From NCBI GenBank assembly GCA_965112155.1, contig OZ218103.1: a stretch of DNA of 64,000 bases; one strand, 5' to 3'. Below, piece by piece: positions 39,093 through 51,558 of this stretch; positions within the stretch are counted from its first letter, which is position 1, and every line of letters begins with the position of its first letter. Made by a program: the position numbers and the translations under genes. Under the pieces are notes generated by a model. The model was not told the DNA's origin, made no database searches, and saw only the letters and a program-made list of their open reading frames with translations. The stretch comes from Podarcis liolepis (lineage: Eukaryota).

Positions 39093-41285
39093 GCACTCAA
39101 GTTTCCTTCTCCTCCCACAAATTCTGACCTTTACTTTAATTCCCCAGATTGTCCTCATTTGATCTTTGGCACTATTTTATGAGGTTTATATGGGATTTGG
39201 GGGTAAAGGCTTGCCCATTAATAGACCCCAATATAATTTCTTAATCATATCTGGAATTATACTAACCAAACCAAGTAATTTTGTAAAGAACAAGCCTAGC
39301 AGCTTCCTAGTTAAAGCAAAAATAACGGCAAAAGTTTGGTTTTGCTTGTCCCCTCCCCCCACTTTTACTAAACAAAGTGAAGTCTATACCAAAGATGAAT
39401 CATCACCCATCACCCATATTGTGTATATGGTCAGCACAACTGTTAGCATTGACTCTTTCACTTTCTATTTTTGAAAGTGAAAAGGATGCCAAGTAGCAAG
39501 ACGATATTTGAGGCATAAAGGAAAAGGCATGAAACGAAAGCTAGTGTAGTTGAGGGCACAGAATGTAATTTTTACATAATCGACAGCAGCATAACTATGG
39601 AAATAGGAACCTATTTGCCATTTCTAAGCCACCAATCAGCTTCAGCTTTTCATCTATGGAGTTAAAAACACCACAGATTTGTGCACCCTTACCTAGCTCA
39701 TGACTCTTGTGCTTGCACAAAGCATTTAAGAATGGTTTCGCATTATGAGGATAAGCAACAGTGAGCCACAGACTTGTGCACTCCCCGTCCTCCTCAGGCA
39801 GCTGCAGCTCAACTTCATATGCTAAACCATGTTTGTGCAAACTTGGGTGTTTGCCAGTTTTTTGCTCTAAAAGAGGATAAAGAATCCTTCCCTCAAAATG
39901 CACCATTACTGACTTTCAGACAGAAATTAATCGGTCATCACCTGTATTCTTTCTCTGTCTGTGTCTGTCTGTCTCTGTGTTAGGGGTGAGGGGAGATTTT
40001 TACATACACACAAGAGGAAAAATAATTTAGCTCAGGAGGAGATGCAAAGTTCCAATATATCACATGGTTCAGACTTCCACTGGGTAGAAGAAATGGAAAG
40101 CCTGAATGCAAAAACCATTAAAATGTATGGGATTCCATTTTTTACTATGGTCCTTACACACCAGATCAGTAATTCTTATGCACTAGTAACATTTGTCTGA
40201 AAGAAAGCCTCTCCTTACAGCATTTGTTGACCACCCTAAGTAATTGACAGAAGGTCTTTATTCCTTAGAAAGAGACATATTCTGCTTTATAGACATAATT
40301 AGGCATAGCCATTTTCTTTCTCTTCAACAACTTAGAACCAAAATTCTGGGATTCAAGGTGTATTGGTATCAGTTATTCCAGGTCCAACAGGTGCAGTATT
40401 TTTGTCAATAAAAATAACATTTGACATTCATTAAAGTGCACACATTTACCATTTATGTGCTTGTATACTGAAAGTCCTGTCCAGGTAGTGCAAACATTTC
40501 AGTTTAATATCTAACTAATGCTGGCAGAGCTGTAACAAACCACAAATACATGGTGGTCATGTTTGGCTGTTTACATTTTTGGATAAAACGTGTTTGATGT
40601 TGCAGACACCTTCGCCGGACAATCATAGGACCCTGGAGCAACATTACAGGATATCCTCCCAGGGCACCAAGCAGAAGCAGTATGCAATCAACTACTCATC
40701 ACCTTTCGACAGTTGCCAAAGTAGAAATAGCTACATACTGCAAAAGTCAAAAACTACTCAATGTTAAATTTTGGTACAGAAAGATATGGGAACATCTCAT
40801 CTTGGGCAAACTGTCACACCAAATAAGATTTTCTAAGAATGGTTTAAATCAATAGTATTGACCCCTGGTATCCATGTATAATAAATGCAGGGAGGTCACT
40901 CCTGAATTTAGCTTGACTAATATTTACCAAATAATTATGCACTATTTGAAATATTGAATCCTTGTTTTTGCTTGTCCAGGTTCATCTCTCCAATTGTGTA
41001 GTTATTAATTTTTTCTTGTGCTTTTAAATTTGTTTTTAAAAATCCATTATTTAAAATCTTAAAACAAAAAAAAAAAAAACCTTTCAACAGGGTCATTTGT
41101 AGCTCCTTTGCCTCATCCTGCCAGGATGGAGTAGCAGCAAAGTGTCATAAAAGTTTGTCCTTTACATTTTCAGTTCCACACCAAAAGCTACTAGGAAAAG
41201 AAGGGATGCCTTTATTGTGGCACAATGGGATCCGAATAGGTGCCCTTGTATTACAAATAGAACAATTCTAATCACCATACTAAGA

Positions 41286-41455
41286 TAGGCGGAATCTACA
41301 CACATAAAAAATGTTGTGAAAATGCTTTTTAAAAAAAGTTTTGAAAAACACATTGAATTTGTCATAGCTCACTGTCGCCATCTAGTGCCACATTTGTATA
41401 CTGCACTTTACAACACACTTAAAACGTTTTATTTGCAGCTGTGTAGCTGAGTCCA
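41286..41455. mobile_element. Dispersed MITE-like repeat, copy B (CTCF-like motif inside)
   Basis: Homologous to 9670-9830; ends ...atctacac / gtgtagct... are partly inverted (Harbinger-like, tentative). Confidence 0.7.
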
Positions 41456-43790
41456 TAGACACTTTCTATACTAATCCAATACAACCATCTCTGCTGTCCC
41501 CAAAAGTATTTTTCCTCCCAAAGGACTGCTGACAAGTTGTACACAAGACACTTTTGAACCATTAACTGTAAGCTTGATTTAAAGGAAACCTGCAAGACTT
41601 TCTATATATTTCCTGTACACCTTTTTCCTTCTTCCTTACCAGGTATACAGGAGGTTCTTTCAGCTGGGGATGGGAGATGGAGTAGAGGGGGGAAAATATG
41701 TTTTTTAAAGCTTTATTATAAATTCAAGTATTACTGGTTTTGGAATGCTAATGGATAGTGAATAATCTAGTGGAATATCAGAAGCACAAAGTACAGGAAT
41801 ACTGATCAAGAAGGGAAAGGGTTTTAAAAATCAATGGTGATTTCAGAAACACCTGGAAGAAGTGATCTTCTGATGGGGTAGGGATGCATGCAAAAACTCC
41901 TAGACTAAATTAATGGCCAAGAAAAATTATTATCCCAAGTGTGCATATTTGTATGTGTTTTAAGAAAAGGGAAGGGTAGGGGGGAAGGTTGTAAACCAGT
42001 TGGGGGACAGTAAAATAATAAAGCAGGCACTCTTTTTACATCATAAAGTTGGAAAGACAGGGAAACAAGCATAATTTCTCATTCCTTTGTAGGCCATCTT
42101 AAAAGAGCAAGCAGAAATTTTATTCTAAGGCCACTAAACATAGTGTAACTTCTCTGTAAAGTGAATGAATGGTCTTAATGAAAGTATGTCCAGGATCCAG
42201 CTCCAAACTGCAGTATACTCAATTACATTTTTTTAATAAAAGCTCTCTATCACACAAAGTGCTGCTCTTCCAAAGACAGCAGGCATCGCAATAAAGCTGC
42301 CAGCCAATATTTTATTGTTTCAGGAGATTTCCAGCATACTATAATCCCTTGCTGGTGAGCCTCCCAGAGTTAAATAGATCCCCAAAACAGCTTAGAATAA
42401 TGCAGTTCAGAGACTCTAGAGTTCCACAAACCATCTAAACATCGGGGGTGGGGGACAGAATCCTGCACACTGTATTTAGCAGTGCTATTTATAATGCAAA
42501 GTTTGCCAGTGTAAACTAGCAAAGAATATAGTATTCAACGTACTGCTGGGCAGAAGAAGAAGAAGAAGTCAAATGTACAGATCTACAGTTAATGTTCTTC
42601 ATCTACAATGGCATGAAAAGCACCCCGGATATGCAGCCAAGCCATGGAAAACGGATCGCCAGGTATCATGGTCCCTTTGTGTGGTGTGCACAACCTCTCG
42701 GCTTGGACATATTGCAGACGCAGCAAGGCATCTGTTACATTTCCTGGCTGGCCTGGAATGCCCTGCACAGCTGCCAGTTGGAATGCAGGGTACAATGAAA
42801 ACCTCTTCTGCTAGCACAGGCATACCTCCCATCAAATCGTGGGAGTTATTTTTCCAAGATACACACATGTCAATTCAATACGCATTGTGGCACTTGGTTG
42901 GGACTTAATAATTAAAGGGCCCACCAGTGCCCTGAACAGAATGCAAAAGCAAGAATCGCATCTAAGAGACCTGATGCATTATTCAGAAGGATGGAGTGTG
43001 GCATTCTCTCTCTCCCTCCCTCTTCCCCCCCCCCGGTACCCCCGTCCTCCAAATGGCAGTTCATCTACAATAGCAAGAGCAAACCTCCAAATCTATGGGC
43101 TCTGGATGAAAAGTGTCAGGAAGGCCAAGGTAGCAAGTGAGGGAGAAACTCGTATCAGTGGGTACCAACCACATGTTTGTGTTACATCTAACATGGCAAG
43201 GATGGATCTTCACAAGATCACTGAACTTTCCCGTTCCATGTTACTTGAAGGAATCATCCATTTACCCTGGATTAGGCTTCTCTCCTGCATAAAACTCACC
43301 AGCAACTGGGTGCACAGGACAGTGTTAATTGGCGGCGGTGGCTGCATCGAAGCAGACAAACTGGATCCTACCCACCCTGAAAGTGCTTTTCTGGATAAGG
43401 AGAGAGAAGCCGGGCATGCTGCAGGCAACCAATGCCAGTCACTTTGAAGGGAAGACACCACAAGGGATTATCACTCCTGCATGTAGCTGAGGGCCAAGAC
43501 TACACTCACCTGAAAGTGGCCAACAGAGGGCGTAAGTGAAGGATCTCCCACTGGGAGAGACTGGGAGAGAAATTGAAAGTTCCCAGGTGAAAGCTGGAAC
43601 TGTCTGTCATTTTCTGTAGGGGAGGGGATTAAGAGCTACTTTTGTATAGCACTCTTGTGCACTGCTTTTGTACTTTAGACACCTTGCTGCTTATTTTCTT
43701 CACCCTTATTTTCAGGCTTTTGCTGCTAGATATGTACACTGTTTCACAGTTGTACATGAGATAAGTAGGTAGTAATTTATGTTGTGAGAA

Positions 43791-43793
<3 letters not shown>

Positions 43794-43846
<53 letters not shown>
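43794..43846. repeat. Compound (CT)n(CA)n microsatellite
   Basis: Direct observation. Confidence 0.95.
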
Positions 43847-43926
43847 GTGTATTATAACCACATTTATGTAACTGTGTTAATTTTTGTATTGGATAGATAA
43901 TATCCTCTGACATATACCGCCTGTTT

Positions 43927-44334
43927 TTTAAATTTGTTTAATCGTTTTTTCGATACAAACATCAGCTGCAAAAGACACATACAACAAAAACCATAATAAC
44001 AACAACAACACAATTTGACAGTTCAGATTTGAATACACTGATATACCTACGACTACACCTTTTTAAACAATATTTTTCCACCTCTCTCTCCTCCCCCTAC
44101 TTCCCACCACTATCCACCTTATCACTTAAATATTTGTTCCAGATTTCTTCATATTTATCCATTCTTATTTTGCATTGACATGCAATTCGTTCGTATGTAG
44201 CTAATCTGTCCATATTATCAACCCATGTGCTCAATGAAATTTTTTTGCGGCTCTTCCAATTAATCAAAACAAGTTTTTTTGCTTCTAATATAGCACAGTA
44301 CATCCTTTTTTTGACCCCTTGAAATCTCCCACAT
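43927..44334 (-). mobile_element. 5'-truncated L1/Tx1-like LINE (ORF2 C-terminus plus 3' tail)
   Basis: ORF 44097..44303 AKKLVLINWKS...W...KYEEIWNKYL resembles the L1/Tx1 ORF2 C-terminus; ~19-bp TSD tgacatata(cc/tt)gcctgttt at 43908-43926 and 44335-44353. Confidence 0.75.
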
Positions 44335-44952
44335 TGACATATATTGCCTGTTTATGTTTTATGTTGCAAACCGCCCTGTGGTTTTCTGACAAAAGGCAGT
44401 ATATAAATTTAATAAATAAATTAAAACACACCAGCAACAGATCCTGTGAGGATGATTCCTATGTACAAAGTGCTGCACTAAGATTTGGGATTGTGACATG
44501 TTTCCGAAAGAAACAGTCTTTATCCTAATGTCATAAGATAACTAGGGGGAAAGAAGTCATGCTTCATTCCACTGGTCACCTTATCATGATATAAGTAGAC
44601 AACTTCCCTTCGTAAGGTTCACACAGCAACCAGGATGCTGTATAGGAGGGACAGGGTTGAAAAGCCTTCTTAGAAATAGGGCCAGAATCAAAAAAGAACC
44701 TGCTTAGGCAATTCTTGACTTTTGTCTGACACCCTTCATACTAGAGGCTGCAAAGGTGGAGAATGGGGATAAATGTCCAAGGCAGAGAAAATCCTAGAAA
44801 GAGGTAACAAACAGTTAACTAGCTAAGTGATCTGAGGTCAGAAAAGTGAAAGAGCAATGTGTTTTATTAAATAAATTATGCAGAATGTAGTGAACAAAGG
44901 CGGAAGGATGAGAGCAAGGGGATGAAAAAAAGCTCAAGCCAGTAGAGAAGAT

Positions 44953-45120
44953 TTTAGCTGGATCACATCAAAGAAGCGTTTCAGTTAAATGCATTGCAAA
45001 TTTAAGCAGGGAAAACAGGTAGAGAAAAACAAGACTCCACAGCAGCGCCTGGTGGCACAATGTTATATCGCATGTACAACACGTATAAATTGCTTTTTCT
45101 TTGCCAATCTAGCGGAGTCC
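44953..45120. mobile_element. More diverged MITE-like repeat, copy C (CTCF-like motif)
   Basis: Ends in tagcggagtcc like copies A and B; same motif architecture. Confidence 0.45.
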
Positions 45121-45449
45121 TTGTTTAAAGCTTGGAAGGGAGGGAGTTGGGTCACATCTAAGAGAAGTGATGCCAAGAACAGTGTCGCAATAATGGGTTG
45201 GAAGAGTTATACTGTATACATGTTATATTTTATAACGGTAGTAAAGTAGCAGCCAACTTATATCCTTTCCACACATTTTTCTCTCCTTACATAATATAAT
45301 TCCTTAACTAGGAGTAGACATCAGGTCTGGCTATAGTATTACTGTATGCAAATCACAGGTTATGATGGGGACTAGCAGGTAAACAGTTGCAGTAAGCTTA
45401 GCAAGTCTTTTAAGCTGCTTGATCAGCTCAAATCCATTTGGATCCATCA

Positions 45450-45693
45450 GAGCAATGGATCCAAACTACAAGAAAGAAGATTCCACCTAAACATTAGGAA
45501 GAACTTCCTGACAGTAAGAGCTGTTCGACAGTGGAATTTGCTGCCAAGGAGTGTGGTGGAGTTTCCTTCTTTGGAGGTCTCTAAGCAGAGGCTTGACAAC
45601 CATATGTCAGGAGTGCTCTGATGGTGTTTCCTGCTTGGCAGGGGGTTGGACTCGATGGCCCTTGTGGTCTAGTCCAACTCTATGATTCTATGA
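45450..45693 (+). mobile_element. CR1 LINE 3' end
   Basis: aaacattaggaagaacttcctgacagtaagagctgttcgacagtggaa...gggggttggactcgatggccc...ccaactctatgattctatgat. Confidence 0.9.
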
Positions 45694-47444
45694 TCATTAT
45701 GAGATTGCATGAGATGTTATTGAACTTGTTACTTTGAAAGTTCTTTGCCAATTCTCTAAATGAACTTGCACCACCAAGCCATCCTGCACTTCACAGGCTG
45801 GAGAGAATGCTCTTCACCCTGAATGCTCTTCAACATGCCTGTAGCAGGGATATCCAGGCATTATTCTAACAATTTAGCTCATAAGAAGACAGTGCAAGAC
45901 CCTTGAGGATACTTCTTTGCTAAATCTCTAGAGTAAAGGCCTGAACAGGCTCAGTACTACCATGCCACATGGTCTGCCAAATGTCAGGCCCCAAAATTCA
46001 TACTACTGTGATATAATATGAATATTTTTGTAACAGAATATGATTTTTAAAATGGGGGTGGGGGAGGAGGCAAAGCTCCTGTAAAGAGGGTTAACTGTGC
46101 CCAATAAATGATCTCATTATTAAAAACAACGTGCCCCGAAAAAATGTTCAGCAGCGATTGCAACGGCTTGAGCCATTTGGTGCACCTGGTGGAGTTACAA
46201 GACTTCTGGGAAACATCATTACTTTGGGGCAGAGCTTAACATCTGCATTTGTGGGAGGTCTGACAGATTTCTGCAGGATGGGAGACAAGGTTCAGAATTT
46301 CTACTTAGCTGTAAATGCAAAGTAAATTATGGGGCAGTTTCTGACATTCATTAATTATATTTTAAAAATGAACCAGCACAGAAAATGATGAAAATCTGGA
46401 TGGATGAGTTCTGCTTCCAAACTTAGACATGCAGTCAACACACCGGCTCGGTACACTCCAGCAGATGCCGTCTAAGCCTTTAAATCGCACACTAATTGTG
46501 CTAATTGAGCTAACAGTCGCTGTTTCGTCTCCCAGCCCTGAGTCAACCAGCGTCTTCTGGTACTGCTACAGAGATCCAAGCTGTTGGCTTTAGTGTTATT
46601 TTGTCAGCCATTAAATGATTCATCAGAGTCATTAATTGATTTATTACTGCTGCCTGCAAGTATAGCTTTGCAAATAAAGAATGATGTAGGTCAGAATGCA
46701 AAAGAAATTGAACAAAACAACACAGCGAGGAACTGGATGCTTAAATAATCTGTAGGAATCCCACACAGAGATTTTTTAAAAAAGTTATGGGGGCAAAGGG
46801 AGTTAAGTGGAGGAGAGGAAAGATGCGCCACTGTTTGACTCCAACATGATGGAATCTACTCAGCTACCCAACTCTAACCTTCAGCTGCATGCAAAAGGCA
46901 TCATGAGCTGTCGCAAGAGCCCATAGCCATCCAAAGAAGTGATCGTTTTCTTCTGTTAAATGATCCAAAGCTGGAAACAAAGTCAAAAGGATTCCACAAC
47001 AGCTGAAGATGGTTTGATGTGAAAGGACCACAAAACCAGATTTCAGACATGCATACTAAAAAAGAAAAGAAAAAAATGATTCCATTTCTGTGGTGCTTTC
47101 ACAGCTGACTAATTCATCATGAAGACTGCAGACAGTGGTTACATGCAGCAGGCTAAAGAGCCTCATTTATTAAGAGCAGGGCTCCTCCTAATTCAAGACC
47201 CAGTCAGAGCAACCTGGGCATTCTCTGGCTGAGAAACACAAAACACAACTCTGTCTGCATTCTGACACTAGTAAATCTGAAGCCTTTGTAATTAGATGCA
47301 GAGTCCAGACTATGAACCCATTACACAGCTTTCTTTTTGTGCCCTCAACCTATAAGATAGTTATAGTAGGAATCTTGTGCTGATTTTGATCTAATGCAAA
47401 GTGAAGGTATTTATAATCAACTTGGACAAAGAAGTGGAGGAGAT

Positions 47445-48150
47445 GCTCATGAAGATCTGCAGACATCACCCAATTGAGCAACTAATACTTTCAGAAGCAG
47501 AATCTGGATCCAAGATGATCGCAGCAAGATGGAAAACTGGCCCAAAATTAACAAAATGATTTTTAAACAGGGATTAATATAAAGTTTTTCATCTGAGTAG
47601 AAAGAGTAGAATAGAATGCTAGGTTGTGTCACCAGAAGTAGAATGTCCAGAGTAATGTCTGGAGTATTGGTAGTGTCTACTCTATTCTGCTTTGGTCATA
47701 CTTCTGGGCTGCAAGGTTTAAGATGGGTATGGACAAAATGGACTGCAGACAGAAGAAAGTGATAAAGATGGTAACAAGGAAGATCATGTCATTTGAGGAA
47801 AAGTGGAAGGAGATGGGTATGTTTAACTTGGAGAAGAGATGTTAACAGTCATCGTCAGATATCTGAAAGGCTGTCAGATAGATAGACCAAATTAATTGTG
47901 TGTTGCTCTGGAGGGTAGGACCAGAGCCAAAGGGTTCAAATTACAAGAAAAGGAATTTAGACTGAACATTAGGAAGAACTTTGTGATGGCATGAGTTGTA
48001 CAACAGTGGAAGAAACCGTCTGGGAAAGTTAAAGGTTTTCAAGCAGAGGTTGCGTGTTGCCACCAGCCAGGGATTTTGTAGTAGTAGGTTGCCTGCATTG
48101 GCAAGAGGTTGCACTAGATGAGAGCTGAGGTCCCACCCAACCTTTTAATT
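47445..48150 (+). mobile_element. Old CR1 LINE 3' fragment
   Basis: Decayed RT C-terminal region and gaacattaggaagaactttgtga...gcactagatga tail. Confidence 0.75.
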
Positions 48151-48479
48151 TAGGATATTCATATACAGCTTTACACAGATGGACAATTCATTCCACCCCA
48201 AGGGCTGCACTGCAGCCTCTTTTTATTTATTTTTGTTCATTAAAGACTAAAAGCAACAGCAATTTGCATAACATTTTAGAGCACTGGTCTTCAACTGGTG
48301 GGTCGGGACCCACAAGTGGGGTCATGGACTGATTTGAGGTGGGTCACAACAGGAGCACTGCTGCCATGCAAATATCTGGTAAAAGATGAAGAAATGGGTC
48401 CCCAAATGCATGCTTGGGTTAAAGGTGGGTGCTGGGTATGAGAAGGTTGAAGACGACTGTTTTAAAGAGCATTGAAAGT

Positions 48480-48672
48480 GCTTTCCATTAATCTTTGTAA
48501 CAAGCCTGTAAGGTTGGTCAGTATTATAAACCCCACATTGCAGATTTTGGAGGGAGGCAAGCATGGAGAAGGGGCTGAGAGGAAGTCACTGGCCTAAAGG
48601 CCTTTAATGAAGCAAGATTTAAAATGGGGAATTCCCCAGTTCATAGTTCAGGCTCCTAAACTACTACACACC
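48480..48672 (-). mobile_element. Degenerate MIR-like SINE
   Basis: taatctttgtaacaagcctgtaaggttggtcagtattat.aaccccacattgcagat core. Confidence 0.55.
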
Positions 48673-50568
48673 AGCTATAGACAGGTGGGGTTATGAGTAA
48701 GTTTCAAAACAACAGTAAAATCCATTTAAATAAAGTAAGGTCAGAGAGTCAAAGCACAAAACAAAGCACTTGCATGTCAGCACTGCAGGTCTAAGACAGC
48801 AGTGGCTTAAGATACTGCATGCAATTAGAATGGAAGAACACTGCAAGGTTTTCAACATTACATTTATTGCAGAGGGTGCTGCTGCAGGGGAAAAAAGAAA
48901 CTTTTCAGAGGTTTCCATGTGAGGCTGCAACACTGATGCTAGACTCCAGTTCCAAGAACTCGTACTTGGACCACCATTGGATTTCTCAAACCTCATACTG
49001 CTTGCACTCAGGCGTAGTTTACACACGTGACAAAACAAGGTGTTACTTTGAGGCAGTGCTATGGACGGTACCACTTCAGGCTGCAGGTGGGGCAATACCA
49101 CTTTTGAACACTCCACTGCATTAAAAACACGCTTTCCTACAAGCAAAAACAAAAAAACCTAGCACATCATACAGAAGGATTTTAGTCCAGCCCTGCCTTT
49201 GTCGACTTGCTGGGATTTGTCTGTTTGTTTGTTTTTCTAAGATGCACTCAGAGCAGCTTCCGGCACCTGCGGTCTGAAGCGGTACAGTCCCCTCGTACCA
49301 GCTTAGGACTCTACCACTTGATTCTTCCGCTGGCCTCAGAAATAATTAGTCAAGAGCCATACAAGTGGAACACAAATTATACTTCCCCCAGCCTGCCATT
49401 TGTAATAACCTCCACAAAACAGGAATTTCTATGGCTCTCTGGTTTGAATTAAATGTTGGCTGCTTAAAAGGCCGGGGGGGGGGGGCGTGCGGTGCAGAGA
49501 CGGAGGTGCCCTCATGCTAAACATTCTCTTAAAAACTTCCGGAGGTACAACACAACCATCCTCACCCAGTCCTGACAATGTTTTGGTAGAGTATCTGGAG
49601 TGTGTCATTCCACCAGAAGGCAGTGATGTAATCTCCACAGGAATGGTTATTCTGTTCTTTTATCTCGCACCTCACTCCTGGTGTGATTTACACATAGGCA
49701 GACTGGGGCCTGCTCCGTGGAAGACAAACAGCAGTTCACTCTCCAACTCCAGATTAGCTATGAAAACAATTTGCCTGTGCTTACACAGAAGCCCTACTCT
49801 CTGGAAACCAGCCAGGCTTGGGGGAGGGCAGGGGAGGGAATTAAACAAGGCCCATCTAGCCTTTAAACTATTATGAAATGGGAGGATTTCGGTGCCCTGC
49901 ATTTCAGCGGCAAGCTAATAGTTCTGTGATTTTAATCCAAGGAAGAAGAGGAGGAGCTCTGACATACAGAACCACCGACTGAATATAAGCTCTGTCCCTG
50001 CCTCACTTGAATAGAAGGGAGGATTTGGATGGATCATATGAAAACTGAAAGCTCAGTTCTCTAGAAATTGTTCACCTGCAGCTTATCTATCATTTCTAGA
50101 GTTCGGGTTGCTTTACAATGGCACGTTTAATTTAATCCTTGTAACAACTTTGTAAGGTATGTTAGGAATAGTGACTCGTCAGAGGCCAGATAGCGAGCTG
50201 CCTCCTCCCCCCCACCTCACCCTGAAATTTTCATAATATAGTCTCTCCCCCCCCCCCATTAACAGTGTGTAGAAAAATCACACTAATATTAGCCTGCTGC
50301 ACCGCTGGCTCATATTTTGCCAGCAATTCTACTATCAGAAGATCCCACTACTATCAAAAGGCACAACTAAACACCTTTGTGGAAGGAGAAAATGATACAC
50401 CGAGTTTACAAGTCTCTGGCCCTTTCCTCCTGGCATTTTGTTGCTGTGGTCCACTTGCTCTCCTTTGCTTTCTGCAGAGCTTGCTGGGACCCTACACTGA
50501 CTGGACGCTCCAAGTCTTGGCAGAGACTTCCTATCCATGGTTGTTTATAGAGGCACCTTCTTTTAGAG

Positions 50569-50703
50569 ATGTGATGGCCATACTCAGCCTCCAGCTGTTT
50601 TGGGACTACAATTCCCATCATCCCTAGCTAACAGGACCAGTGGTCAGGGATGATGGGGATTGTAGTCCCAAAACAGCTGGAGGGCCAGGTTTGGACATCA
50701 CTG
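50569..50703. mobile_element. hAT-type foldback MITE with 38-bp inverted arms
   Basis: cctccagctgttttgggactacaattcccatcatccct / agggatgatggggattgtagtcccaaaacagctggagg; flanked by ttttaga on both sides. Confidence 0.85.
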
Positions 50704-51515
50704 TTTTAGAAAGTTCTGGGGATACAGATTCTGGCAGCCATAATTAGTTTCAATTGCTTTCAGATGACTTGGTTTAACTCAATTTTTTCTTCAGGTAAGA
50801 CCCCCAATCTCCACACACAACCACCCAAAATTTAGGTGAATGGTTACTGAAGTGAGTGTGTCATCTTGGCGATGGCACCAGAAACGTTGCCTGGAGCAAC
50901 ATTTATGTATTTATGTATTTAAGCATATTTTTTATAGCTTTCCTGGGTTTTGATGAGGTCTCAGTGATTTTTTTTCATTGTTTAATTGCATTTGTTTTTA
51001 AATTGGACACCACCCTTTTTTAGTGAAGGGTACTAATACATAGACCGAATAATTAAACTGCAATGTTGTGCTAGGTGTTATACAGACAAACAAAATGGGA
51101 CTGCAAAGATCTTACAACCTAAGCACAATACAATATATTAAGCCAGCAGGCAAAAGAAAACGAGCTTTTCTTCAAGCCTCTCAACAGCGTAACAAGAAAG
51201 CAGTAAGATGGCCTTGTGGCTGTGTTAGCCCTGCAAAGAACAATACTGCTGCAGAAAGAATTGAAAATGTAACAAATAAGAGGTGGGCATCCACAGGATT
51301 ACCACGAATTTGTATCCTTAATTATGCTGAGAAGCAGGTAAAAAAAACAAATTTCCTTCATCCATTGTATAATTTATAAAAATATGAGCAGAAAGTAACT
51401 TCCAAATCTAATTATAATGTGTACCAGTCCATGAGAAAGCAATATTTTTATACACGCTGTGAGCAGAATCAACTTAGACATTTTTTGCCTGAAGCAGTTT
51501 GGGGCCCTACATGAC

Positions 51516-51558
51516 CATCATCATCATCATCATCATTATTATTATTATTATTATTATT
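51516..51558. repeat. (CAT)n(TAT)n microsatellite
   Basis: Direct observation. Confidence 0.9.
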
